A stretch of DNA of 64,000 nucleotides, from contig NC_086097.1 of NCBI RefSeq assembly GCF_963921235.1, positions 171,370,001 through 171,434,000 on the forward strand, read 5' to 3'. The notes under the pieces are model-generated. The model searched no databases and was not told the origin of the DNA. It saw nothing but the letters and a program-made list of their open reading frames with translations. The DNA comes from Mobula hypostoma (lineage: Eukaryota). Shown here in pieces: positions 37,141-49,438 of the stretch; the first letter of the stretch is position 1; the number at the start of each line of letters is the position of its first letter. The translations under genes and the position numbers were made by a program.

Positions 37141-38299
37141 GTTGATTTACATGCAAGGAAGGTAGAAGTGTGAATCATGCACAGGCAGAAGTACAATTCA
37201 AATTGGTACTATGGTTGGAAAAGACATCATGGACTGAAGGGCCTGTGACTCAGTGACAGTCCATACTGATCTATGTTCACAGCTCTGATGAGGGATGGTG
37301 CTACTCTTTACACCCTCAAGTCAGTCTTTCACTCTGATTGATGGGAAAGATTTATGAAGATTGATGGATGCTTCGAAGTCATTGTTTCACACCCTTAATG
37401 TCAACAAGATCAGAGATATATAAAAAAATCACATAGGCTGTGGGGACTATGGGAAGATTTAATCTCAGTATATAAAATTATCACTGGTCTGCACAAAGTC
37501 AACAGCAAGGGCAAACTCTCCTGAGCACAGGGGAAAATGGAGCATCCATTCAAAATAATTATTTAAAGGACTGGTGGAGGAGGCGGCGGGTGTGAGGCAG
37601 AATAATATCGCCCCATCAGTGGTGAAATTCACTGCCCAAAGGAACGGTGGAGACACAAAACTCAGCAAGTTACTTAATTACTTGCGTGAAATCTTGAAGT
37701 GCCAGGACTCACACAGGTGAGGTTCAGGAGCTGGGAAGTGGATGTCCGTTTGTTTTGTCAACACGGATAAGGTGGACCAAGTGGCCTTCTGCTCTCTAAG
37801 GTGTGATTTCTTTGTGTTTTTAAATGCACTGAAAGCAAAAACTCGGCACAGAAGCTGCCTGACTTCCTGTGTGTGTGTGTCTGCCAGTGGCTACTGAATG
37901 AGTCCGGTGCAAAGTAAATCATGGTAAAATGGTGCATAAAAGAATCTTATTTCTCTGCTGAATGCTCCACTGACTTTTTGGAACACATTGTTTCCCCATA
38001 AAGGATTGAAATTGGTGATTCTCAGATGAACAGGAACAGACAAGCTGGAGAAGCTTTGCAGGCACCGTGGTCTCTGCACACTCGATACTGGAGGCTTGCT
38101 TAACTCCAGCTGTTCCTTTCAATTGGTAAGCTGATTTGTTGTCCAACATCACTTGTAGGATTCGTTTTAGCAAGTTAGAATGATAAATGATAACTAGGTG
38201 ATGCGGAATGGGAGAGCTCAGACGAGCTGGAGATACTCTCTTGTGGACATTAAGTGCCAAGTTTAAAAAACAACCGGGGCCTATTGGAACTTATCTATG

Positions 38300-39050
38300 G
38301 AGCAGGAAATTGCTTGGGTTATTAGTAACTTAGCAAGGGCCGAAAAAAAGAAGCGAGCTACAGGCAGAGCAGCCATTGTGGGAACAGACATTGTTGGAGT
38401 TGGGCAGTGTTAGAGTAATCATGCTTTTGCTCAACCAGCTTTGGTGAGAACAGGCGTAGGCTAAACCGTAAGCTTGAGAAGTTAGGGTTATAACAAGTGT
38501 AGGCAAGATGTAGTTCAGGCAGTCGAATGCTTCTCTTGGGAGATGTGGGACTTTAGGGTGCCTGACAATCTCCCTGATGACCACATCTGCAGGAAGTACG
38601 TCCAACTGCAGCTCCTGACTGATACGGTTAAGGAACTGGAGCCAGAGCTGGATGTACTCAAGGCCATCTAGGTGGCGGAAAATGTCATACTGAGGTGGTC
38701 ACACCGAGACTGTGGGCTTCAGATACTAGATGGGTGACTACCAGCAGAAGTGAAGTGAATAAACAGTCAGTGCAGATTTCCCCTATGGCCATAGGACTCA
38801 GCAACAAGCATACCCCTTTGGATACTGCTGGGGGGGATGACCTATCAGGACACAGCAGCAGCTGCCAGCCCAGTGGCACTGTGGCCGGCTCTGAGGCTCA
38901 GCAGGGAAGGATAAAGTCAGGCAGAGCGATAGTGATTGGAGACTTGATAATTCGGGAGATGGACAAAAGATTCTGCTGCAAGAAATTCGCCAGGGTGGTG
39001 TGTTGTGTCCCAGATGTTAGGGTCAAGGATGTCTCAGAGGGGCTGGAATT
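38300..39050 (+). mobile_element. CR1 5' UTR/ORF1 fragment
   Basis: WVTT...SPMAIGLSNKHTPLDTAGGDDL...AIVIGDLIIREMDKRFC...VCCVPDVRVKDV (ORF 38695..39084), typical of CR1 ORF1. Confidence 0.8.
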
Positions 39051-39072
39051 GGAATGGTCGGAGGAGGGTTAC

Positions 39073-39390
39073 ATAGAAACATAGAAAACCTACAGCACAA
39101 TACAAGACCTTTGACCCACAATGCTGTGCCGAACATGTATTTATTTTAGAAATTACCTAGGGTTACCTATAGCCCTCTATTTTTCTAAACTCCATGTAAC
39201 TCTCCAGGAGTCTCTTAAAAGACCCTATCATATCCACCTCCATCACCATTGCCGGCAGTCCATTCCACGCACTTACCACTCTGCGTAAAAACTTACCCCT
39301 GACATCTCCTTTGTAGCTTCTTCCAAGCACCTTAAAACTATGCCTTCTTGTGATAGCCATTTCAGCCCTGGGAAAAAGCCTCTGACTATC
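39073..39390 (-). mobile_element. CR1 3' end, same family as 21590-22091 and 51225-51782
   Basis: Near-identical DSQRLFPRAEMA...HSFKVLG...SFKRLL segment and ttctatgt tail. Confidence 0.85.
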
Positions 39391-40189
39391 TTGGTGGATA
39401 TTGGGAAAAATAAGAATGTGAAGAAACGAACAGGATAGGCCATTTAGCCTCTCTTGTCTGTTGTGCTTATAACTCCAGCACCACCTTCTTAAACCATCTC
39501 CATATCCCTTGATTAATTTATTGGGTAAAACTCCATCAGGCCTTGAAGATCCTGTTGCAGAAGGCATTGGATTAAATTCTGAACTTTACCGTAAATGGAA
39601 ATATTACCAATTTCCATTTACCTGAGTGTTCTGGGGACCCATAAAATGATTCAGACCTTAATTTTAGACTTCCCATTTCTTCTCCGAGTCTTTGCAAGAC
39701 CATCTGACATAGAAGCACCACCCCACCCCATTCTCCCACCTCTGCCCGTAACCATGAAGCCCTTTACCAATAACATTATATCACTGCCTCAAATACACTC
39801 ATTGATTTGGCTTCCACATCTCTCTGTGCAACAAATTCTACGGATTCACCACCTTCTGGCAGAAGAAATTCCATATCTCAGTTCTAAAGGAATGCCCTAT
39901 AATTCTGAGCCTGCGCCCTCAGATTCTGGACTCTCCTACTAATGGAAACATTTTTTCCACTTCCAATCCATCCAGGTGTTCCAGTATTCTCCAGGTATAA
40001 CAATCCAAGGCTGTAACTTTTCATGTGAACAATTACTGTCCTTTTTCTGCCAACTCATTCTAAATTGATCCAATTACCCTCTCCCCAGAACTCCATAAAT
40101 CTTTTTCTGACAAGTGCTTATCTAGTGTTCTTTTCAACATAATTGAATCTGTTCCAGCAGGTCTGCAGAGTCTTGTCACATATAAACAG

Positions 40190-40476
40190 ACCTATCAGCC
40201 CACTGAATCTCTGCTGACCATCACACGCCCAATGACACTAAATCCATATTCTACTCCTTGGATCTGCATTGGATCTCCTCCCACCCAGATCATACTGCTA
40301 TCTCCCCATTACAGTTAAATAATCTACCAGCCACCACATCATCAGAAACTGGAACACACAGAGGAAACCCATAGAGTCACAGGAAGAACGTGCAATCTCC
40401 ACATTGACAGCACTCAATGTTAGGATCGAAACTGGGCCTTTGGAGCCGTGAGACACCATTGCACTATTGTGTTGCC
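40190..40476 (-). mobile_element. V-SINE (HE1-like) remnant
   Basis: Minus strand has B-box-like gtttcgatcc and V-core-like tgtggagattgcacgttcttcctgtgactctatgggtttcctc. Confidence 0.7.
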
Positions 40477-40793
40477 TCCAGATACCAGCATTTATCTCTC
40501 CATAAATTCTGCTACTTAGGCCATGAAATATTTTGTGTATTAAATAAAGTATCAACAATGAGGACCCTGAAATCAGTAGATCATAACATAATCTTTCATT
40601 GATTTTTTTGACAACTCATATGTAATACCTAACCCAAAGTCCACTCAATTAGATAGGTAAACTTCCCTCAAATCAAGGACCACACCCCATGGAGTGAATT
40701 CAAAAAACTCCTGAAATGATACTTGCATCTCCCACATGGCAAGTGAGAATAATTTGCAACAGGAACAGCCTCCTGTTTCTGGGGATTGCTTAC

Positions 40794-40915
40794 CTGCCCG
40801 TACTTTGCATTTTCACACACAAATGTTTCATAGGGAATTGGAAACATCGGAGAGTGATCATTCTTATCCAGGACTCCTATGTGTACCAAAACAGAGGTAA
40901 TCTTCTTTGAGTCAT
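40794..40915 (-). CDS. cdh19: Cadherin exon, EC4/EC5 junction (NDSKKITSVLVHIGVLDKNDHSPMFPIPYETFVCENAKYGQ)
   Basis: Acceptor ctttctccag|AT, donor CAG|gtaagc; 122 nt; DxNDxxP Ca2+-binding motif and YETFVCENA. Confidence 0.95.
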
Positions 40916-41074
40916 CTGGAGAAAGGAAGGGATAATGAAGAAGGGTTTACTAATATTTATACCTCTTTTTCCTCTAAGCCTAATCACTTCTCTTCTGACA
41001 ATTTTGCTCAATGCCTGCCATTGCTTAAAGACTGTTGCTGATTTTAAAAGATTTTCCATTTGTTTCACTCATGG

Positions 41075-41346
41075 CAACAGACCCTTCAATCTGAAGATCA
41101 GTGTCCATTTACATTAATCCTAAACTGATCCCATTTAATTCTCCCTACAATCCTATAATCTAATCACCCACAAATTCTCCCATTAGGGTTAATTAACTTA
41201 CCAACTTGTCTACTTTTGGGATATGGAAGGAATTGAAGCGTCCAGGGGAATCAATGCAATCACAGTGAGAACATGCATTAGACAGTGCCAGAGATCAGAA
41301 TTGAACCTGGGATATTGGAGCTATGAGGCGATATACCATTGTGCCA
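41075..41346 (-). mobile_element. V-SINE (HE1-like) remnant
   Basis: Homologous to 40190-40476; B-box ggttcaattc. Confidence 0.6.
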
Positions 41347-41411
41347 GCCAGAATGAGCTGATTAGTTGGATTGTCTTTTTAACACCAGTTTCTGAATTTG
41401 ATCATCTATTA

Positions 41412-42100
41412 GGCGGAGAAGATGGCGGCACGACGGTGGCGCGTGTGACCTCTCCGGTGACGAATATCTGTTATCTGTCAAGTAGGGGACCGTGCACAAT
41501 TCTGATTTGATGGAGATGGACGTGAGAGTACAGAGGAACATCTGGAAAACTTCTGAAATGCCCGCTTCGCTGCCGCTGCTACTGTGTTGTAACCGGAATC
41601 TCCAGAGCAGAAGGCCCCGAAATTCTTGGCTTTGCTTGTTTCAGCGGCCGGGGCAAGGTCGAAGGTGCTCGGCAGACGATAGCACTCAGGAGGCTATATT
41701 GGAGGGGCTGGTCGGAGGCTCGAAGTTTTTGGACGGATGGACTCAGTGTCGGCTGTGGTCGGCTGCTTCCAAGGCATCGACAAGTTGACGGTGCCTGGAG
41801 GTTTATGGCAGGGAGTTTCTCCCTTTTGCCACCTGCTATCAGGGACTCGGGAGTCGATCGACTCAGGGACTTTTCAGACCTTTTTTACCGTGCCCATGGT
41901 TTGTTCTTCATGAAATTATGGTATTGCTTTGCACTGCTGTAACTGTATGTTATAATTATGTGGTTCTGTCAGTGTTAGTCTTTGGTTTGTCCTGTTTTCT
42001 GTGATATCTCTCTGGAGAAACATTGTATCATTTATTAATGCATGTATGCATTATAAATGACAATAAAAGAGGACTGAGTGTTCTCATAATCTAAATCTAA
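41412..42100 (+). mobile_element. About 690-bp non-autonomous retroposon (SINE-like, no tRNA head recognised), copy 1
   Basis: Highly similar and colinear with 48750-49438; starts GGAGAAGATGGCGGC; ends gacaataaaagaggactgagtgttctcataatctaaatctaa. Confidence 0.85.
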
Positions 42101-42130
42101 GCTCACAGTATTGATTGAGTAGTGACTCAG

Positions 42131-42993
42131 TGTGACGAGAATACACATAAAATTAAGATGTTTGCTGGCCTGGGTTAGCATCAGTGACATCAGCAAGTGG
42201 TCTGCCACCTGTCCCCAGGGGAAGGAGAGATAAGGAACAATGGAGCAGCGTCTGGAGATGTGTAATGAAGGGACGGGGGAGAGAGAGCTGTCTGGAGCGG
42301 CTCCCCCCTTTGAACCTTGAACTGTTTGAAGTGATGGACAGGCGATACCCCAGCAGGGGGATAAAAAGGGACCGGTTCGCTAAGGCAGGACACACGCCAC
42401 CCGAGGTAACGAGACCCAGGAAGCGGTACGCCTCTGACGAGTCGGTGGGAAGTACTAGACAACGGCCAGGGTGGAAAGGTACGATCAGCGGGAACCCGGT
42501 GTGTGTCCGCCCTTGCCTGGGTGCCGGGTTCTCTGCAGAGGATCGACCGCATCTGGAGGAGGGGTCACAGTCGGTGACCTCAGGTGACATCACCAAGGAC
42601 CTGCCCAAAAGCTGCTTGTGAGCCATATCGCCGGTCTGTGAGTGAAGCCATGTCTGAATGATCAGTTGTTACTGTTCTCCCTCTCTCTCTCCCCCCACGT
42701 TGTCCATCGCCATGGAAACGATTACTGCGAACTGAACTACTAAACTGGACTGAACTTTGAGTCACTTTGAAATTTGGTCATTTACCCCTAGATAACGATA
42801 GAGCTTGATTGATGCTGTTATCTTAATTCTGTGCACATGTGTGTTTATAATCGCTGAACTGTTGCATTTATTATCCTTTCGATTACTGTGTTGCTTGTTT
42901 CTTTAATAAAACTTTCTTAGTTCTAGTACTCCAGACTCCAACTGAGTGATCCATTTCTGCTGGTTTGGCAACCCAGTTACGGGGTACGTAACA
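42131..42993 (+). mobile_element. Solo LTR (863 bp)
   Basis: TGTGACG...CGTAACA termini; 5-bp TSD CTCAG at 42126-42130 and 42994-42998; ATAAAA at 42361 and AATAAA at 42905-42910. Confidence 0.9.
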
Positions 42994-44667
42994 CTCAGTA
43001 ATAACAAGTTATGTTTTATATAATTTACCACATGATATGTAGGCATCACAGGTAGAAGAGATACTACCCTTTTGTAACTGTCCCTGAAAAACGTGCTGAA
43101 CCATCTTCTGGAACATCTGCAGACCTGGTAATGTAGGTTCTCCTAGATATGGGATTCTTAGGCTGAAACCTAGTAATGAGGAACAGTGAGATATACCCAA
43201 AACTAATTGGTGTGTAAGTGTTATCCTTCAAAGTACTTGCATGATTACTTACATGATAGTACCTCATTTAAATAGAGATGATGAGTGATTCGTGGTCTCA
43301 AGGACACAGAAAACTAGAAGTAATAGGATATTTATTATAACATGCAGATAATATGAAATGGAACAAGTAATCATACTTGACAGTTTGATTGCAATTTTGA
43401 ACCTCTTCCATGAATGGTATTGGTTTGTTGCCATGTACTGATATAAGGTAAAATGAAACTATGTGCGCCACCCAAGCCGATCATACCATGAGTGTATTGA
43501 GGTAGTAAAAACAAAATAGAATGCAGAAGGTACTGTTGCAGCCATGGAGAAAGTGCATTTCAGGTTGGCAAATAAACTGCAAGGGTCATGAGTAGATCGG
43601 GAGATCAGTTGTTCATCTTTAACATAGAAGAGGTCCATTCAATAGTCTTATAACATTACCAATTATACCAATTTTTATCAATGCACCATAGAAAGCATTC
43701 TGTCTGGATGCATAAAGGCTTGGTATGACAACTGCTGTGGACACAGCTCAGCATATCGCAGGAACCAGTCTCCCCTCGACGGATCTATACTTCAAACTGC
43801 TGCAGTAAAGTAACCTGCATAATTAAAAATCTCACCCACCTCAGACATTCTTTCTTTTCCCCTCTCCAATCGAGCAGAAGATACAAAAGCCTGAAGTCAT
43901 GTACCACCAGGCCCAAGGACAGCTTCTATCCCACTGTTATCAGACTCTTGTATGGACTTTTTGTTCCAAAATATGGATCTTAGGCCTTGCAACCTACCTC
44001 ATTATGATCTTGCTTTTTATTGTTTACCTTCATTACACTCTTCTGGTAGCTTTTACTCTTTATTTTTCATTGTTATTGTTTTACATTATTCTTTCTCAAT
44101 GCACTGTGTAATGATTTGATCTGCATAAACAAGCTTTTTACTGTATCTTGGTACGTGACAATAATAAACCAATGCCAATATAACCACAAGGTAGAAAGTG
44201 TACTTGAGTTTAGTGCTATGTGCTTTCAAACTTTTGTATCTTCTGTTCAATGGGAGAGGGCAGGGAGATGAGAGAATAACAAGGGTGGGAGGGGTGTCCT
44301 TGGTTATGTCGACTACTTTTCCAAGGAAAAAGGAAATGTAGATGGAGTCAAGGGAGGGAAAGCTAAATTACATGATGGACTGGGATAAGAATAGAAAATT
44401 GAAATTATGAGAGAATTTGCTAGATACAGTTTAGCATAGAGTCACCACACTCCAGCACCATTGATTGTGTGGTAATTGTATGTTTTATATCTAATGTCAA
44501 TGGATTTTTATTAACCAAAACTATTAAGGAATAAGGAATATTAGGTTAGGTCACAGATTGATTATGCTTCCAAATGATAGAACTGGTTAGGGAAGATGTG
44601 GACTGAATGGTGTTCTCTTCCTCAGAGATGCAGGAAGATGGAAGATCAAATCTTCCTCTCTCATCTA

Positions 44668-46800
44668 AGCAACACACAAAAAAATGTTGGAGGGACTCAG
44701 CAGGCCTGACAGCATCTATGGAAAAGAGTAAATAGTTGACATTTCAGGCCGAGACCCTTCAACAGGACTGGTAAAAAAAAGATGAGAAGTCAGCTCAAGA
44801 AGTTGGGGGAGGGGAGGAAGAAATACAAGGTAGTAGATGATAGGTGAAACAGGGAGAGGGATGAAGTAAAGAGCTGGGAAGTCATTTGGTGAAAGAGATA
44901 AAGGGCTGGAGAAAAGGGATAAGGGGGAATCGGAAAGGAGAGGACAGAAGGCCATGGAAGAAAGGGAAGGGGGAACAGCACCAGAGAGAGGTAAAGAGAT
45001 AAGGTGAGAGAGGGAAATGGGAATGGGAAAGGATGAAGGTGGATGGGGGGAGCATTACAGAAGATCAAAAAATTGATGTTCATGCCATCAGGTTGGAGGT
45101 TACCCAGATGGAGTATAAGATGCTGCTCCTGCAACCTGTGTGTGACCTCATCACAGCAGTAAAAGAGGCCATGGACTGACGTGTCAGAATGGGAATGGGA
45201 AGTAGATTAAAATGGGCGGCCACTGGGAGATCCCGCTTTTTCTGGGGGACAGAGCATAAGTACTCAAAGCAGTCTCCCAATCTACGCCAGGTCTCACCAA
45301 TATACAGGAGGCCACACTGGATACAGTAGATGACCCCAACAGACTCACAGGTGAAGTGTCGCCTCACCTGGATGAACTGTTTGGGGCCCTGAGTGGTAGT
45401 GAGGAAGGAGGTGTAGGGGCAGGTGTTGCACCTGTACCACTTGCAAGGATAAGTGCCAGGAGGGAGATCAGTCGGGAGGGATGAATGGACAAGGGAGCCA
45501 TGTAGAGAGCGATCCTAGTGGAAAGCAGAAAGTGAGGGGGAGGGAAAGATGTGCTTGGTTGTGGTATTCTGATGGAGAAGGTGGAAGTTATGGAGCATTA
45601 TTTGCTGGATGTGCAGGCAGGTGGATGGTGTGAAGGCAGATGTGTGTGAAATGGAAGAAATGTGGTTGAGGGCAGTATTGATGGTGGAGGAAGGGAATCC
45701 CCTTTCTTTGAGCAGGGAGGACATCTCCTTAGTTCTGGAATGAAAAACCTCATCCTGAGATCAGATACGACAGGGACGGAGGAGTTGAGAGAAGGGGATG
45801 GTGTTTTTATAAGTAACGGTGAGAAGAGGTATAGTCCAGGTAGCTGTGAGAATCAGTGGGTTTATTAAAGATATAGGTAGATAAGCTGATGCAAGAGATG
45901 GAAACAACAATTGAGAAAGGGGTGGGAGGTAAATTTGAGGGCAGGGTGGACGTTGGAGGCAAAGTTGATGAAGTCAACAAACTTGGCCTAAGTGCTGGAA
46001 ACAGCACCAATGCAGTCATTGATATAGCATAAGAAAAGTAGGGGCATGATACTGGTGTAGGCTTGCAACATAGACTGTTCCACATTGCTGTAAAAAAGAC
46101 AGACACAGCTAGGACCCAAGTGAGTGCCCATGGCTACACCTCTTGTTTGAAGGAAGTGGGAGGAGCCAAAGGAGAAATTATTGGGAGTTAGGACAAGCTC
46201 TGCAGATGGAAGAAAGTGGTGGTGAGGGGGAGCTGGGTTGCGTATGGTATCAAGAAAGAAAAGGCGAGTTTTGAGGCCTTTCTGGTGGGGGATGGAGGAG
46301 TATAGGGACTTGACATCCATAGTGAAAATAAGATGATTGGGGAACTTGAAATAATTGAAAAGATCAAGAGCCTGTGAAGTGTCAGTGTTGTAGGTAGGAA
46401 GGAACTGAACCAGGGGATATAAAACTGAGTTGAGGTATGCAGGTACAAGTTCAGAGGACTAGGAACAAGCAGAAACAATAGGTCTACCTGGACAGGCAGG
46501 TTTATAGATCTTGAGTAGGAGAAAGAAATAGGAGTTGCAGGGTTAAGGAACTATGAGGTTGCTGGTAGTGGACAGGAGATCCCCAAAGTTAATAAAGTCG
46601 GTGATGGTGTGGGAGACAATGGCCTGGTGCTCCTTAGTGGAGTTCATTTTGAAGGGTAGGTAAGTGGAGGTGTCTGACTGTTGTTGCCTGGCCTCTGCAA
46701 GGTAGAGTTCAGTCCACCAGACTTCAACGGCACTCCCCTTATCTGCGGGTTTGTTGCTGAGTGTGGAGAGACTGGAAAGCAATGCGTTCGGAAGGAGTGA
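44668..46800 (-). mobile_element. Decayed Penelope-like element (RT + GIY-YIG endonuclease + terminal repeat)
   Basis: KPADKGSAV, MDVKSLYSSIPH, FLQTRGVAMGTHLGPS, YINDC, KPTDSHSYLDYTSSH; GIY-YIG region FTCESVGVIYCIQCGLLYIGETWRRLGD; LGNLQPDGMNINF. Confidence 0.9.
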
Positions 46801-48026
46801 GGTTGGAATAGGAGAGAGGAGTAGTGAAGTCAAGATGGCTGATGGCTCTTTGGCAGTAGTGGGGTCCTGTCTGAGGGGTAGGTAATCCCATATACAACTT
46901 TTTCTCATCAATCCTTCACTGTGCTATCTCTTGTCTTGTTGTGTGGTGTTGTTCTTCTCATCGGCACTGGTTTTCCATCTGGTTTATGGGTTTAAAGAAA
47001 AGGTTCAGGTCTCTAACGAGCTGTTATAAATGTCTGGCATGGAAGGCAATGCACCCAAAATGGGTAAGTGTGATTAGAATAGACAGGTACAATGATCAGC
47101 ATGAACACCCTCAGCTGAAGAACCCATTTCTGTGTTGCACCACCCTATGATTCTCTATGATGAGGAGGTGCTGGACTGCTTGAATCTGTATTGAAGTACT
47201 ACTCAAGAAATTAGTCCTACTAACTGCTTTTGATGGAGATAGATCACATAACATAATAAATGAACTGAAAGGATTAACATAATAACATTATTGCCTTCCA
47301 CCGTGTGCCAGGTTTTGAGGACGTTCAAGTTTTGGATGCTGAAGAGAGAATGATGGTCAGATTAATGGCTCTAGGTAATACACACAAAATGCTCGAGAAG
47401 GATTACAGCTCAATATGTTGACTATTTACTCTTTTCTATAGATGCTGCCTGGTCTGCTGAGTTCCTCCAGCATTTTGTGTGTGTTGCTTGGATTTCCAGC
47501 ATCTGCCGATCTTCTCTTGTTTGAGATTAATGTCTCTGTTCATTCTGCTTTGCAAACTATAGGTAATAGCAGCTTTCTGATTGTATTACTAGATTAATAA
47601 TCCAGAACTATCAAACAATGCACAGAAAAATCTCAATGCAATTGGAAAAATGTTTAAGCAATGGAATTGTTACTGAATTACAACTCCTTCCTTGTACATG
47701 TAAAATACAAGACCCTCATCAGAACTGTTATGAACTAAATTAAAGAAATTAACAAAATAATTATTTGGTGAAATTCAGCCTGATGTAGGAAGCTGCTATT
47801 GAAAATCAAAAACTAGATGATTAAGAACGAACTTTTAAAATGGAAACAAAATAGTCGATGGTGTAAATCTGAAAGAGAACTGTAAAGTGCTGGAAACACT
47901 CAGTAGGTCAGGCAGCACCATTGGCGAGTGAATGAGAGTTAACATTCCAATTTAATGATTATTTCAAAGACACCCGACCTGCCGAATGGCTCCAGCATTT
48001 ATTGGTGTTACTGAGTATGAACTTAC

Positions 48027-48163
48027 TTGCTTCTGAAGCCCACACTGATACATTGTACCAAGGGATCTCCTCTCGGTCAAGGGATTGAGAAGTTATGATG
48101 GTCCCGTTGTTTGCATCAATGATGAAGGCACCACCCATATTTGTCTGACGATTAATGGAATAC
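48027..48163 (-). CDS. cdh19: Cadherin exon, EC4 (YSINRQTNMGGAFIIDANNGTIITSQSLDREEIPWYNVSVWASEA)
   Basis: Acceptor cctgtgcag|G, donor GCAA|gtaagt; 137 nt; LDRE motif; completes the split Arg codon AG|G. Confidence 0.95.
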
Positions 48164-48749
48164 CTGCACAGGAAGCAAACCACCCAATTTTAAAACATTT
48201 TGTCTTTGTAATGTAAATCCACAGCAGCACCGCACACTCTACAAATAAATAGTCTTCCCAAAATAAATTTGATTAGAATTCAATCTCTTTCCTGAACTTA
48301 AGTTAAAAGCAGCAAAATCTCATTTTTAAACAACGCAATCTCCAGACTGACAGAGCTGAATCATAGTTGAGCATTCACTTGCAAACATATTTATTGCAAT
48401 AAAAATTTGGCAAGCTTCAAGTACCCTCCTCTCTGTTCAAAGTACAGAGCATTTCAGACACAGGGTTACTGGACTGAAACAATAACTATTTTCTTCTCTT
48501 CAGATGCTGCCTGACTGAATTGGCTATTGTGAGCTTATGTTAGAACTTCTATATGTATATGATACTGTTTAGACCATTTAATATATACTTTGTTGTGAAC
48601 TTGAAGTTCAATGATCTGGAAGACTATGGACCAAGCAGGAGCTGACACACTGGCTCTTTCTTGATTGGCATGGAAACAATAGTCCGATTGGCCTTGTGAC
48701 TTAATTTTATCAACTGGAATAAAATAAATTGAAATAATCCTCCTGGGCG

Positions 48750-49438
48750 GGGGGAGAACATGGTGGCATGACGGCAGCGTGTGCGGCCACTTCGGTGATG
48801 ATACCTGTTATCTGTCAAGTAGGGGACCATGCACAATTCTGATTTGATGGAGATAGACGTGAGAGTACAGAGGAACATCTGGAAAATTTCTGAAATGCCC
48901 GCTTCGCTGCCACTGCTACTGTGTGGTAACCAGTATCTCTGGAGCTGAAGGCCTCGAAATCCTCGGCTTTGCGTGTTTCAGCGGCCGGGGAGAGGTCGAA
49001 GGTGCTCGGCAGAGGATGGCGCTCGGGAGGCTGTATCAGAGAGGCTGGTCGGAAGCTCGAAGTTTTTCGGACGGATGGACTCAGTGTCGGCTGTGGTCGG
49101 CTGCTTCCAAGGTATTGGCAAGTTGACGGTGCCTGGAGGTTTATGGCAGAGAGCTTCTCCCTTTTGCCGCCTGCTATCGGGGACTCAGGAGTCGATCGAC
49201 TCGGGACTTTGAGACTTTATTTTTACCGTGCCTATGGTCTGTTCTTCATCAAATTATGGTATTGTTTTGCACTGCTGTAACTATATGTTTTAATTATGTG
49301 GTTCTGTCAGTGTTAGTCTTTGGTACGTCCTGTTTTCTGTGATATCACTCCAGAGAAACATTGTATCACTTCTTAATGCATGTATGCATTTCTAAATGAC
49401 AATAAAAGAGGACTGAGTGTTCTCATAATCTAATCTAA
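48750..49438 (+). mobile_element. About 690-bp non-autonomous retroposon, copy 2
   Basis: Colinear with 41412-42100, same (AATCT)n tail. Confidence 0.85.

Noticed and set aside
36735..37196. ORF with SLSLSL/LYLSLY low-complexity run (likewise 22448-22875)
   Set aside because: Translation of microsatellites.
37283..37320. CTGATGA followed by a GGG...CCC stem, hammerhead-like
   Set aside because: No GAAA box or UH site follows the stem, and it is not in a Penelope-type repeat.
37450..38270. Repeat-poor intronic block with ETS-, AP-1- and SOX-like short motifs (possible enhancer)
   Set aside because: Motifs of 6-7 bp are expected by chance; unsupportable without conservation or chromatin data.
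42153..42626. Overlapping 120-157-aa ORFs on both strands
   Set aside because: Lie within the GC-rich solo LTR; no recognisable protein motifs.
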